This document shows, piece after piece, positions 31,658-42,051 of a stretch of 64,000 bases of DNA (position 1 is the first letter of the stretch; every line of letters starts with the position of its first letter). Source of the stretch: an uncultured archaeon (GTDB taxonomy: Archaea; Thermoproteota; Bathyarchaeia; Bathyarchaeales; Bathycorpusculaceae); the NCBI GenBank assembly GCA_963810275.1, contig CAWENF010000019.1, positions 1 to 64,000 of the forward strand, read 5' to 3'. A model generated the notes under the pieces. It ran no database searches. It was not told the DNA's origin and saw only the letters and a list, made by a program, of their open reading frames with translations. The translations under genes and the position numbers were made by a program.

Positions 31658-33293
31658 CTATCCGCCAAACATGCTCTGCAACTGTCCCAGTATCTGCAGG
31701 GGGTTAAACGCTACTCCGCCAAAGGAGAGGATAAAAATTATGAAAATCAGCCACACCATAGTGACTTCTAAGTCGCGACGATTCTGCGGGATTAGGATGT
31801 AGATGAAGTAGAAGGGCAGGTACCAGTTCTGGAAGTATGGCAGGGTGAAGCTGGGCAGCAACAGGAAAAGTGCTGAAAGAGAAAGCAAGATATTTCTTTT
31901 CAGCATGTATACTGCGTACGCCAACGTCCCCGCCAAAGTCACCAAAACAGCAATAGACTGCACCGTCCACGGAATCTGAGCGTGCGCACTAAACACGTTA
32001 ATTCCGTTCATGACCAGTTCGGGGCGCGTCTGAATCAGGTACGGCAGACTAAGATACGCCGTCAAACCCGTCACCGCCAACAATCCCGACGACGCCCAAA
32101 CCAACTTATTACGTAAGAACTCCAAGACGTGGTACCGCTTAAACAACCGAACCACGCCAACCGCGATGAAAGGAAACAGGAAAATCGCAGCCTGATACTT
32201 AAAAACAGAGGCCACCAACACCAACAGTACAAACCCATCGTATTTCTCTCGAAAAAACAGGGTTACTGCCAACAACCCGAACAGAAACGCGATGGAGTCA
32301 AACATGCCGTCCGCAGCGTAAATCACCAAAGTCACGTACATAATATAGAGGCCGACAAGCTTCCAGAACAGATGCAAATCATTTTTAAGAAAAACCTCCA
32401 AAAACAAAAACAGACACACATGCGCAAAAATCAAAAACACAGCGATCTCAAGCTTATACACCAACACCGCATCAACTCCCGCCTCCAGCAGGGCGCCAAA
32501 TGGTAAAAATACCGCAATACTCCCAACAGGATACAAGTGAGGCATCTCGGGCCAAGTTACAAACATATAAGGCGAACTGTCGCGGCTCGCCAGCATGTCA
32601 AGCGGCTGGCTAAAAACTTCAAAGCCATCTTTTAGAAACAGGCTCGCCGTATAGGGATGGCGTGCGTGGTCAGTATACCAATTCTCAAACGTGCCCAGCG
32701 GGTTAGGGTTAATGGCTAAAAGCACGAACCAAACCGTCAGCGAAGCAGCCACCAAAATCAGCAGTCTACGACGGTTAAGTCGGCTGATTCTGGGCAGAGA
32801 CTTGCGTAACGTCTAAGGTTACAGAGCGGTTAACTAAACCAGTGTTCAAGAGCACCACAAAAGCGCCGGCTAAGCTGGCGATGCAAAGGGCTCTGGCTGG
32901 TGTGCCAAGCCAACCCATCGGATGCACAATCTGGGGCTCAGTTGCGGTGACTTGAAAATCAACTTCCCCGCCGCCAGAACCGTCAGTGACGAAAACCGCT
33001 TCGTAATAGTCTGACCCCACAGAAAAACTGTAAGAAATGTCTCGGTCAGTGTAGTTTTCAAACCGAGATCCAGTGTAGGTGACAACTGAGAAATGCAGCA
33101 AGAAATTATCCTTATTGATGACCAAGATAGTTATGTTTTCTCCGCCTTGAAAAGCACCTATCCCTTGCCTGCGAACCTCATTTCCACCCATATTAAACTC
33201 GTTGCTGATTACTGTTTTAGACCGGACTTCGCCAGAATCAACAGAGAAGATGCTGGCTAAACCAAAGCAGACGGCTAAAATTAGAAAAACCAA
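31658..33293 (-). CDS. Polytopic membrane protein (GT-C glycosyltransferase-like) with N-terminal extracytoplasmic domain; probably one gene split by a +1 indel near 32800
   Basis: The frame of 31658-32755 extends upstream as KSLPRISRLNRRRLLILVAAS and overlaps the end of ORF 32775-33293; WYTDH, YP.GS, GMFD, K.Q motifs; about 10 TM segments. Confidence 0.6.
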
Positions 33294-33397
33294 AGCTAAC
33301 CCTATAAGAACTTTAGCCCTATGTCCAAATGTAACCTAAAGCAACCCCCACTTCAACAAAAACTATTTGACTAAGTAACCAAAAAAGCGTTTCGATA

Positions 33398-34157
33398 CTA
33401 TGAACGCCAAACAGCCTTAACCGTGTAGGAGAGGAAGCTTTTGATTTCTGTCCAAGTCAACTTGGATTTGCCCTGTTTTCGGTTCACAAACAGCACAGGA
33501 GTCTCTTTCACCTGGAAAGCTCTAAGCGTCGCCTGCCGCACTGTCTCAATTTGAATCTCGTAAGTTTGGCTATGCAGGTTTCCTATGACCTCATGTAGAA
33601 ACTTCGTCGAGTAGCATCGAAAGCCGGCAGTGCAGTCCTGCAATTCCAATCCTAAGGAGGAGCGAGCGATAGAGTTAGCGGTTTTGCTGATTATTTTTCT
33701 TGAAAGTGGCCAGCCCTGTATTTTTCCGCCTTTGCTGTAGCGACTGCCTATTACTATGCCACAGTCGCATTCCCGCATTGTTGTAAGCAGTTTAGGCATG
33801 TCTTGGGGGTTATGGGAGTAGTCAGCGTCCATGGTAAAAACATATTTTGGGGGGTTTAACGTCGTTTAAGAAGAATCGGAAGCCGTCGGTTATGGCTGAG
33901 CCTAATCCGGATTTTTTTGGGCGGTTACATAAGACGATATTGGTGTATGTTTTTTGTTTTTCTTTTACGATGTTAGCGGTTTCGTCTGGGCTTGAGTCAT
34001 CGATTACTAATATAGTGGAGTCTAAGCTGAGGTCTTCTATGTCTTCGATTAACCTACCTATGTTTTCGGCTTCCCCATAAGTTGGCAGAATAATGCCGAT
34101 CTCGTATCGTTCAGGGGATACCCCAACTAGCACATTGCCCATAAAGTTTTGACTCAC
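33398..34157 (-). CDS. Polyprenol-phosphate hexose synthase (GT2, Dpm1-like); +1 indel near 33845
   Basis: ILPTYGEAENI, IDDSSPD, GLGSA..DGF / YVFTMDADYSHNP, GSRY, DCTAGFR, R..GKSKL. Confidence 0.88.
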
Positions 34158-34206
34158 CTTGATACTGGGAAGTGTGTATTAATAAACCTTAACGGATTTG
34201 CCATGC

Positions 34207-35230
34207 CTACATTTTTCGTTTCTGCTTATTAAGGTAATACTTTAGCGGATGAAAGATTTTTCGGCATAATTCATCTTTGTTCCTGCAAACTCCATGGGTT
34301 TGTAGTACGGAGCACTGTGGGCAAGTGTAGCGAGTGCCTGAACCGCGTTCGCCTGCAATGTGCTCGATTTGGTAGCGTGTTAAGCGTTCATTATAGTCAG
34401 AGAAAGTTTTGTACATATCCGCAATCGCCTCCGAAGACATGCCAATGTTAACCAAAAAAGAAGTTAATGTGAAGCGCCCCATGTGGGAGAGGTGGTGTGC
34501 CGCTTTGGAATCCTCGATTAGCGCTTCGATACAAGGCGGAAAAGCGTCTTGCGAGACGGTTTTTGGCATCTCTTCGATTTCTTGCCCCATAATTTCTTGA
34601 GCTTTCTGAGTCAATTGGTAGGCGGCTATATTAATTTCCTCTGGCAAGTTCTTTAAATCCGAGGCGTCTAAGCGTTTTTCTACGCGTCGCTTAATTTCCT
34701 CTTGCAGGAGGCGAACAACTTTGTCTTTGTTTAAGTAAACGGTGCCGTGGTCAAGTATTTGGTTAACCAGTTTCCATTCTCCGCCATGTAGGTGTCCTGC
34801 ATTGTTGAGGTAAAAAGTGAAGCCCAATTTGTAGTCCTTGTAAGGTTTGCCGTCTGCTATATCCCAGCCGAAGTCCCTTGCTACGGCTATGATTTTTTGC
34901 GAAAGAGTCTGGGGTGACAGCAACTGTACATGAGCGGTTTTTGCCACTGCTAAAGCGTAACGTTTTTTTATCCAAACTTGTTTGGTGGCTAAAACCAGAA
35001 TCATGGATGCTGCAAAAGATGCAATTTCGGTTCGTTTATCTCTTGCGACATTGCCGACATCCACGTAAACAATGGCTTTTTCCACTCGTTCTTGTGGCTC
35101 GAGCAAGAATTTGACTGTTTTCTGGCGCTACAAGAGTTTCTATGGTTAAACCTAAATCTTCAATCTGCTTGGGAGCCAATTTGAGAAAAGGATATTTGGC
35201 AAAATCTTCAGAAGATAATGCCATTTCCAT
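34207..35230 (-). CDS. priL: DNA primase large subunit; +1 indel near 35095
   Basis: DFAKYPFL, WKLVNQ..HG.VYL, FPPCI, H.GRF, YQIEHIAG, YTCPQC...GVC (Fe-S ligands). Confidence 0.92.
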
Positions 35231-35243
35231 CTGCAACTTTGGG

Positions 35244-35999
35244 TTACTCTGTTTCTATTCTAGGCGCCAAGAAGAACACAAGTTTACCTTCTTTGGTTTG
35301 CTGGAAGTCAATCCTCACTGGCATGTCCGTGGAGAATTCAAGTGTGGCGATTTCGCTGGTTGCGGAGGCTGCTTTAATTATTTCAGATAGATAGCTTAGG
35401 CTAAATGTTGCTTTTGCGTTTTCTTTAACTTCAAGGTCTAGAAGTGCGTCATTGCCTTTTTGGAGGGTGATGGTTGCGCCCATGATGTCGCCTGAGGCAG
35501 AGAGTGTTATTTTTTCGGGTTCTGCTTCGATTTTTACGTGGTCGCTAACGAGTTGGGCGTCTTCGATTGCTTGGCTTAAGCCGCTTGTGGTGGTTTTGGC
35601 TTTGACATTGAAGCTGATTTTGGGTGTGGGAACTTCTTCCTCAGATGGTTCGAGCATGCTCATAGTGAATTTGCGGGCATATTTTCCTGTGATTGTGACT
35701 AAAAGTTTGCCTGATTTATCGTCGAGTGCTAGTTCGACAGTTTCCTCTTTGCCTGCGCGTTTGAGCAGTTTGAGGAGTTCGCTAATGTTTAGGCACATTT
35801 TGCTGGGTTCAGGTGCTTCGTATTCTTGGAATATGGTTTTTGGCCATTCGAAGTCTATCATGGCGACACGGGAGGGATCCATAGCTCGTAATTTGAGCCC
35901 GTCGGGTTCTATTTTGAATGTTGCTTCGTCAACCAAAATTGAGATTGCGGTTGCCATATCCCGCAAGAGTTTAGCGTCAGACACCTTAAGTTTAAACAT
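35244..35999 (-). CDS. pcna: PCNA sliding clamp
   Basis: RAMDPSRVAM, FSLSYL, FFLAPRIE. Confidence 0.96.
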   Translation of the reverse strand: MFKLKVSDAKLLRDMATAISILVDEATFKIEPDGLKLRAMDPSRVAMIDFEWPKTIFQEYEAPEPSKMCLNISELLKLLKRAGKEETVELALDDKSGKLLVTITGKYARKFTMSMLEPSEEEVPTPKISFNVKAKTTTSGLSQAIEDAQLVSDHVKIEAEPEKITLSASGDIMGATITLQKGNDALLDLEVKENAKATFSLSYLSEIIKAASATSEIATLEFSTDMPVRIDFQQTKEGKLVFFLAPRIETE

Positions 36000-36176
36000 C
36001 TATCCTCTTCCTCGCCAAAGATTTCAGTATAATAGGGTATCATTACAGCTTTAGTTTATAAATTTAGTCCACCTAAACCTCTAAACGGTAACTTGTAGCG
36101 CTCTACCGTGCGGGATCTTGTTTGGGAACTAAGATATCAAAAAATGGTGATGAAAAACAAGAAAAGAAGAGATGGA

Positions 36177-37289
36177 TTAGTCTTCTCGCCACTTAAACAG
36201 CTTCACTGCCAAAGTGAAAATTACCCCTGTAATAACTGCTAGAACAACTATGTCAACGAGCGCGCCTGAGATGTTGTTATAAACCATGACGTTGTTTAAG
36301 CCTTCAGTGACGTAGAACAGCGGCAACACATGGGCGAACATTTGGAGGTAATCGGGCATACTGCTGATTGGGAAGAATGTGCCTGCTAGGAACATCATTG
36401 GGAAGGTGACGATGTTGCCGATGACACCTGCGGTCTCTGGGTTTTTGGTGACTGTTCCAACCAACATGCCGAGTGCTGCAAAGAGCATCGGACCCAAGAT
36501 TAGGAAGGGTATCAGCCAAAGCGACAGCGTCACGTGTGCACTGAAAGCGAACACGCCCACGCCGACCATCAAAAGCATACCGGCGACTGTCAACACGATA
36601 TACCAGATGACTTTGCTGGTTAACCACTCCATCTTTGTCAGTGGAGTGAGCGAAAGCTGCTTGAAGAGTTTGTTTTTCTTGTATTCGCTGGATATGTTGA
36701 CAAGAGAAAACATAGGACTTGTTAGGATAGAGAACCCGATTAAGCCTGGAATCAGGTAGTCGACGTATTGGGGTGACTCGGCGCTACTTAACGTAGCTGA
36801 TTTTATGCCTATAATGTTTGTGCCGTTGTATCTTTGCAAATTAAAGTATCCTGCGTATCCGTTGATTATGCCGCTTACTATACCACTGGTGCTCGACGCA
36901 GGGTTTCCATACACTGTAACGTTAACTTTAATACCTGCAATGTAGTCAACGGTGAAGTTCGCTGGAATAATTAAGCCATCAGAGGTTGAATGCGCAGCTA
37001 AGAAGTCTGGGAAGTTCTCCGAAGAATTAACAGTAATAATGTTCATTGAGCTGGACTCATTTAGCGCTGTAAGAAAGCTGTCGCCGATGTTTTGCCCGAA
37101 AGCTCCCGTATCCTTGTTTTGGGCGTAGACAGTAACTGAACCTGGTGACCCGCCGCCAGAAAAGATGGCGCCAAAAATCAAAATCAAGATAACTGGAAAA
37201 ATCAACCCAAAGAACAAACCGAACTTGTTCCTAAGGTAACCTACGCTGAATACTCTAAAATCTGAAAATATGCGTTTTAAACTTGCCAT
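36177..37289 (-). CDS. ABC-2 type exporter permease
   Basis: YVDYLIPGLIG, FPMMFLAGTFFP, 6 TM with extracytoplasmic loop. Confidence 0.9.
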   Translation of the reverse strand: MASLKRIFSDFRVFSVGYLRNKFGLFFGLIFPVILILIFGAIFSGGGSPGSVTVYAQNKDTGAFGQNIGDSFLTALNESSSMNIITVNSSENFPDFLAAHSTSDGLIIPANFTVDYIAGIKVNVTVYGNPASSTSGIVSGIINGYAGYFNLQRYNGTNIIGIKSATLSSAESPQYVDYLIPGLIGFSILTSPMFSLVNISSEYKKNKLFKQLSLTPLTKMEWLTSKVIWYIVLTVAGMLLMVGVGVFAFSAHVTLSLWLIPFLILGPMLFAALGMLVGTVTKNPETAGVIGNIVTFPMMFLAGTFFPISSMPDYLQMFAHVLPLFYVTEGLNNVMVYNNISGALVDIVVLAVITGVIFTLAVKLFKWRED

Positions 37290-37291
37290 TT

Positions 37292-38251
37292 CTACCGTCT
37301 CCGTTTTTTACCTGACTGCACTTGCACAGGCTCGCCTCCATGCTCACCAAGCGGCTCATTAACCAGTTTGATGAAAACATCGTCTAAACTATCCTGGCGA
37401 GTTTGGATGTCCCCCCATTCCAGCCCCGATTGCTCCGCCGCCGCCAAAGCCGCCAACGCGTCGATGCGTTTCTCAAGAGGAACAGTTAAGATTTGTTTAG
37501 ATGCGTCGTATTCAACCTGTAACTCGGTGTTGGCTTTGATATATTCTGCGAGCTGCTGGCTACCTTGTATTTCTAGGCGTTCACCTGAACCGTGCTGATC
37601 GATAATTTCCTGCGTGGTGCCCATGGCGACAATTTTGCCGTGATCCATTATGGCAACGCGGTCACTTAGCTGCTGGGCTTCGTCGAGGTAGTGGGTTGTT
37701 AAGATTATTGTTTTGCCTTTAGCTTTGAGCTTCCGGATGACTTCCCAGATGGCGCGGCGTGCATTGGGGTCTAAGCCCGTGGTGGGTTCATCAAGAAACA
37801 GCAGTTCCGGTGAGTTAACTAGCGACAATGCTAAGCCGGTTTTCTGTTTTTGACCGCCTGAAAGATTCTCGAAAACATGGTTAGCCATGTCTTCTAAGAT
37901 AACTTCTTTTAGGATTTGTTCAACGTCAACTTTGACGTTGAAGAGTTTTGCATAGTAGTTTATGGCTTCCCTTGGCGTTGTTTTCTCGAAAAACGTAAAG
38001 TTCTGCGGAATGACGCCGATGCGTTTGTGGAGTGCGTAACCATTCTTCCACGGGTCAAGCCCCAAAATTTTGAGATAACCTCCGTCGCGTTCACGCAGTC
38101 CCTCCATCATTTCGATGGTAGTAGTCTTGCCTGCGCCGTTTGGCCCCAGCAACCCAAAGACTTCTCCTTGTTTAACCGTAAAGGAGATGTCGTCAACGGC
38201 TTTCAAGCTGCCATAATATTTTTTGAGCGAATTAACTTCAATAGGTAACAT
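37292..38251 (-). CDS. ABC exporter ATP-binding subunit
   Basis: GPNGAGKT, LSGGQ, LDEPTTGLD, TTHY. Confidence 0.95.
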   Translation of the reverse strand: MLPIEVNSLKKYYGSLKAVDDISFTVKQGEVFGLLGPNGAGKTTTIEMMEGLRERDGGYLKILGLDPWKNGYALHKRIGVIPQNFTFFEKTTPREAINYYAKLFNVKVDVEQILKEVILEDMANHVFENLSGGQKQKTGLALSLVNSPELLFLDEPTTGLDPNARRAIWEVIRKLKAKGKTIILTTHYLDEAQQLSDRVAIMDHGKIVAMGTTQEIIDQHGSGERLEIQGSQQLAEYIKANTELQVEYDASKQILTVPLEKRIDALAALAAAEQSGLEWGDIQTRQDSLDDVFIKLVNEPLGEHGGEPVQVQSGKKRRR

Positions 38252-38366
38252 ATGATGCTCCCCTGTTTCTGTAAATTATTTTTTGGCGTTTTGATTTAGC
38301 TATTCTGCATTCACATATAGCTTTCGTCTATAGAAACGGAACAAAACCAGGAAAAATTCAGATTTT

Positions 38367-38876
38367 TTATTGTAGCCCTTTTAGGATGATCTTCTTTAGC
38401 TGCCCATTAACCGCCCGTACAACAAACTCGGTAAGGTCTTCTGCGGAAAGATATAGCGGACCGCGTTCATGAAACACATGCACCTCTAAAGTGCCCCGTC
38501 CAAAAAGAAGCCGACACATAAAATAGTCAAACTTTAACGCCTGCCTGCCTGTATCGCTTTGTCGGTAGTAGCGTATGGAACAGAACAGATCCAGCGCCCT
38601 CACTTGATGAGAAGAAACGTAGTCGTGTGCTCGTTTAGCTTCGGCTTCACCTAGAAAGTTAAAGCCGTTGTCTTCTGCTAAGCCAAACTCGAAAATCACG
38701 ACACCGTTTGGGATAGTGGGAATAGAAACTTCCTCGAAAGAAAGCTCATGGCGGTTAACGGCAAGTAGCTGCTGGAGGATGTTTTGTTGCAGTTGCCTGC
38801 TGGATTTGGCGATGGAGGTATAGGTTTTGATGTAGTGGATGTTTGGAGGGAAGTTGCTGTAGATGCCAAGCGCCAA
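38367..38876 (-). CDS. Hypothetical protein
   Basis: 169-aa ORF 4 bp after the upstream gene; protein-like sequence (FEFGLA, LKFDY, HERGP). Confidence 0.7.
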   Translation of the reverse strand: MALGIYSNFPPNIHYIKTYTSIAKSSRQLQQNILQQLLAVNRHELSFEEVSIPTIPNGVVIFEFGLAEDNGFNFLGEAEAKRAHDYVSSHQVRALDLFCSIRYYRQSDTGRQALKFDYFMCRLLFGRGTLEVHVFHERGPLYLSAEDLTEFVVRAVNGQLKKIILKGLQ

Positions 38877-38880
38877 GGAG

Positions 38881-39255
38881 CTAAGCCCTCATTTTCTTGA
38901 TTTTGTCAACGCTGTTTAGCAGCTCGCTAAGTGCAATGGTAAGTTTTTGGATTTCGTCTGTATCGTCGGTTTTCTCGATTTTTGCCTGTATGTTTTCGAT
39001 TTTTTTGTTTAGAGTGGCTTCGAGTTTGTCGTAGGCACCACCACTGCTTTTAGTTGGAACAGCCTGTTTTGGGGGTTCTTCGCCTTCCCTGACCACAACC
39101 ACCTTCTTCTGATCCATGCCACACCAAAGCGTACCATCCTGAAGCCGCAGAAGAGGCGAATGACATACAGGGCATCCGAGGTCGGTTAAGGTGGCGCCTT
39201 GCTGCAGCAGTTCAGCCATGCGTTTTATTGGATTTCTTTCTTTGTCCTGTTGCAA
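38881..39255 (-). CDS. UPF0148 / autoantigen p27-like Zn-ribbon protein
   Basis: MAELLQQGATLTDLGCPVCHSPLLR..DG.LWC, coiled-coil tail; divergent from UPF0147. Confidence 0.85.
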   Translation of the reverse strand: MQQDKERNPIKRMAELLQQGATLTDLGCPVCHSPLLRLQDGTLWCGMDQKKVVVVREGEEPPKQAVPTKSSGGAYDKLEATLNKKIENIQAKIEKTDDTDEIQKLTIALSELLNSVDKIKKMRA

Positions 39256-39332
39256 TATAAATCCCAAAGGTAAATACGTATAAATACATATATAATTGAT
39301 TACTCTGGCAGCAATGTAAAAGGGGAACATGT

Positions 39333-39611
39333 ATGGTCCGTAAAAAGAAAGCAGAAGAATATGAAGCTAAAATCAGGCAGGCACTGATAGTTTTAGGCGA
39401 AGTTTCCGAGGACAGCACAACTCCACGTAACATCCGCCGTTCTGCAAAGGACGCTATGAACGCTCTGCAGGGCACTGAGTACACAGCAGCGGTAAAAGCC
39501 TCCAATGCTGTTGCTTTGTTAGATGAGATTTTGCAAGATCCAAACATGCCGCCCTACACCAGAGTTAAGCTCTGGAACGTCATGAGCTTCATAGAAGCCA
39601 TAAAAGATTAG
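39333..39611 (+). CDS. UPF0147 family protein
   Basis: DSTTPRNIRR, DEILQDPNMP.YTR..LW. Confidence 0.9.
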   Translation: MVRKKKAEEYEAKIRQALIVLGEVSEDSTTPRNIRRSAKDAMNALQGTEYTAAVKASNAVALLDEILQDPNMPPYTRVKLWNVMSFIEAIKD

Positions 39612-39648
39612 AATCCGCCTTGTTTTTTAGGCAGGCTGGATTTTCCAG

Positions 39649-39982
39649 CTAAACTTTAACATATATTTCTTGTTTTTCAACTCTCAAAGGGTTAGCTGAC
39701 TAAGTCTTCGATGCGGGGACGTCCCAGCGGCTCCTCAGGCCCGGAAACTACTTTACCGGAGGTGATATCAAATTTTGAGTCGTGATTTGGACAGGTGACG
39801 ATTTTGCCTTCGAGTTTGCCCTGCGAGAGGTCGCCGGCGTAGTGGGTGCATAGGGCGTCAACTGCGTAGTAGTTGCCGTCTACGTTGGCGATTAGGATTG
39901 GTATGTTTTCTGCCTGCACCATTTTCATTTGACCCACAGTCACTTCAGAAATGTTTGCCATACGGATATAGCTGGACTCCAA
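39649..39982 (-). CDS. Rieske-type [2Fe-2S] ferredoxin; a +1 indel creates a stop near 39692
   Basis: CTH...CPNH Rieske ligands; removing one A gives ...LVSYPLRVEKQEIYVKV*. Confidence 0.85.
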
Positions 39983-40047
39983 ACAAAACCTCAATCAAAT
40001 GAGGAAACCCGCCAATAAAAGCGTTGGCATCCCCGCTTAAGTGGTTA

Positions 40048-40506
40048 TCAAGCTTCTGTTCTACATTGCTTGTATGATGCTGCGCAGTGGCTACAGCAAA
40101 ACGCTGTCTCGACATCGTCGATTTTTTCATGGTAAGCGCCTTCGTAGACTTTGCAGCCGCAATGGGCACACACGTCTAGGCTGGGTGCAATGGCTATGGA
40201 GACGAGTTCTGCGAAGCGTTTGAAGAGGCGGGTACAGAGCTGTTTGCCCTCTTCGGTTAAGAGAAAGATTTTGCGTTCTTTCTCGCCTACAGGTTCGATT
40301 TGGTGAGTGACGTAACCTTTCTCTTCGAGTTGCCCGAGGAAGGGGTAGACGAGGCTGGGGCTGATTTCTTTTTTGACTCGGCGTTTGAATTGGCTTATAA
40401 TGCGGTAGCCGTGCGTAGGTCCTTCGTAGAGGATTGTTAGGATGTAGAAGCGACTAAAATCGCTGATTAGTCCTTCCATGCCCCGCGTATTTTCATCGAT
40501 TGCCAT
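40048..40506 (-). CDS. PadR family regulator with C-terminal TRASH-like metal-binding domain
   Basis: GPTHGY, SPSLVYP.L..LEEKG, LTEEG; CAHCGC...FCCSHC. Confidence 0.88.
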   Translation of the reverse strand: MAIDENTRGMEGLISDFSRFYILTILYEGPTHGYRIISQFKRRVKKEISPSLVYPFLGQLEEKGYVTHQIEPVGEKERKIFLLTEEGKQLCTRLFKRFAELVSIAIAPSLDVCAHCGCKVYEGAYHEKIDDVETAFCCSHCAASYKQCRTEA

Positions 40507-40551
40507 GTTTGGTCATTTAGTAATGGCGGTTTTTGGTATTAAATGTTTTTT

Positions 40552-40563
40552 TAGATATATCTA
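40552..40563. promoter_or_regulatory. Perfect palindrome TAGATATATCTA, candidate PadR operator
   Basis: 12-bp palindrome in the divergent padR/oxidoreductase promoter region, followed by AATATATATT. Confidence 0.45.
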
Positions 40564-40664
40564 TAAAATATATATTGCGGTGACTGTTCAGTTAAGGCTT
40601 TTTGGCACTAACAAATATATCCAACCCTTTGCACTTAATTCTGGGTTCCAGAGGGAAACTTCCT

Positions 40665-42047
40665 TTGAAATACGACGTAATCATCGTGGGCGCAGGTCCC
40701 GCAGGCATCTTCTCAGCACTAGAACTGACAGAAAAATCAAATCTCAACATCCTAGTAATTGACCGCGGAGCGGACATAGAAAAACGAAAATGCCCCTCGC
40801 AACGCGGTTTTGAATGTGTACATTGCGAGCCATGCAACGTTCTCAACGGCTGGGGTGGAGCAGGCGCATACTCAGACGGCAAACTCACCTTATCAACCGA
40901 AGTTGGCGGTTGGCTAAACCAGTATGTTTCCACAAAAGAACTCGAGGCACTCGTCAAATATTGCGACGAATCCTACATTCGATTTGGTGCCAGCAAAGAA
41001 GTCTTCGGTGGTGACAGCGAAGAAATAGACACAATCGCCCGCAAAGCCTCACTTGCAGGACTTAAACTCATAAAACAAGAAGTCCGTCACATGGGCACCG
41101 ACCGATGCCTTGAGGTTCTCAAAGAAATGCGCAAGTATTTGGATAACAAAATCACGTTCCTTCCCAAAACTGAAGTTAAGGGTCTACTCGCAGACGATCA
41201 CTCTATCAAAGGCGTCGAAACAGTAGCAGGCGACAAAATCTACTCTAAATACGTCATCATTGCCCCCGGTAGAGGCGGCGCAGAATGGCTTCAAACCGAA
41301 GCACAAATACGTGGATTGAAAACCGTTAATAACCCAGTAGACATCGGTGTCCGTGTCGAATTGCTTGCGGCGGTGACAGAAAAACTTACCAAAGTCCTCT
41401 ACGAGCCTAAACTGATTTACTTCTCACGTTCATTTGACGACCAAGTTCGCACTTTCTGCGTTTCTCCTCATGGTGAAGTTACAACTGAATCCTATGATGG
41501 TGTTTTGACCGTCAACGGTGGCAGTCACGCAGAAACCAAAACACTCAATACCAACTTTGCAATCTTGGTCAGCACGCAATTTACAGAGCCCTTCAAAGAG
41601 CCAATAGCGTATGGCAAATACATTGCTCGCCTAAGCAACCTCTTAAGCGGCGGAGTTATGGTTCAGCGTCTTGGTGACTTAATTCACGGCAGACGCAGCA
41701 CCCCCGAAAGATTGGCACATAGTGTGTTGGTTCCTTCACTTAAAAACGCTACCCCAGGCGATCTTAGCTTCGTTTTGCCATACAGGTATCTCACAGACAT
41801 TAGAGAAATGCTGGAAGCACTCGACAAAATCGCGCCCGGTGTCGCTTCACCCGAAACGCTACTCTACGGCGTCGAAGTCAAATTCTACAGCAGCCACCTG
41901 CAGTTAAACCACACACTGGAAACGAAGATTCAGAACATGTTTACAATCGGCGACGGCGCAGGCGTCACCCGCGGCTTAATCCAAGCCTCCGCCTCAGGTA
42001 TCATCGTAGCAAAGGAAATTCTCAAGCGTGAAAAACTGAAGGCGTAG
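40665..42047 (+). CDS. NAD(P)/FAD-dependent oxidoreductase of unknown function with Cys cluster
   Basis: YDVIIVGAGPAG, C-x7-CVHCEPC, GGAGAYSDGK, VRTFC, GDGAGVTRG. Confidence 0.88.
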   Translation: MKYDVIIVGAGPAGIFSALELTEKSNLNILVIDRGADIEKRKCPSQRGFECVHCEPCNVLNGWGGAGAYSDGKLTLSTEVGGWLNQYVSTKELEALVKYCDESYIRFGASKEVFGGDSEEIDTIARKASLAGLKLIKQEVRHMGTDRCLEVLKEMRKYLDNKITFLPKTEVKGLLADDHSIKGVETVAGDKIYSKYVIIAPGRGGAEWLQTEAQIRGLKTVNNPVDIGVRVELLAAVTEKLTKVLYEPKLIYFSRSFDDQVRTFCVSPHGEVTTESYDGVLTVNGGSHAETKTLNTNFAILVSTQFTEPFKEPIAYGKYIARLSNLLSGGVMVQRLGDLIHGRRSTPERLAHSVLVPSLKNATPGDLSFVLPYRYLTDIREMLEALDKIAPGVASPETLLYGVEVKFYSSHLQLNHTLETKIQNMFTIGDGAGVTRGLIQASASGIIVAKEILKREKLKA

Positions 42048-42051
42048 ACTC

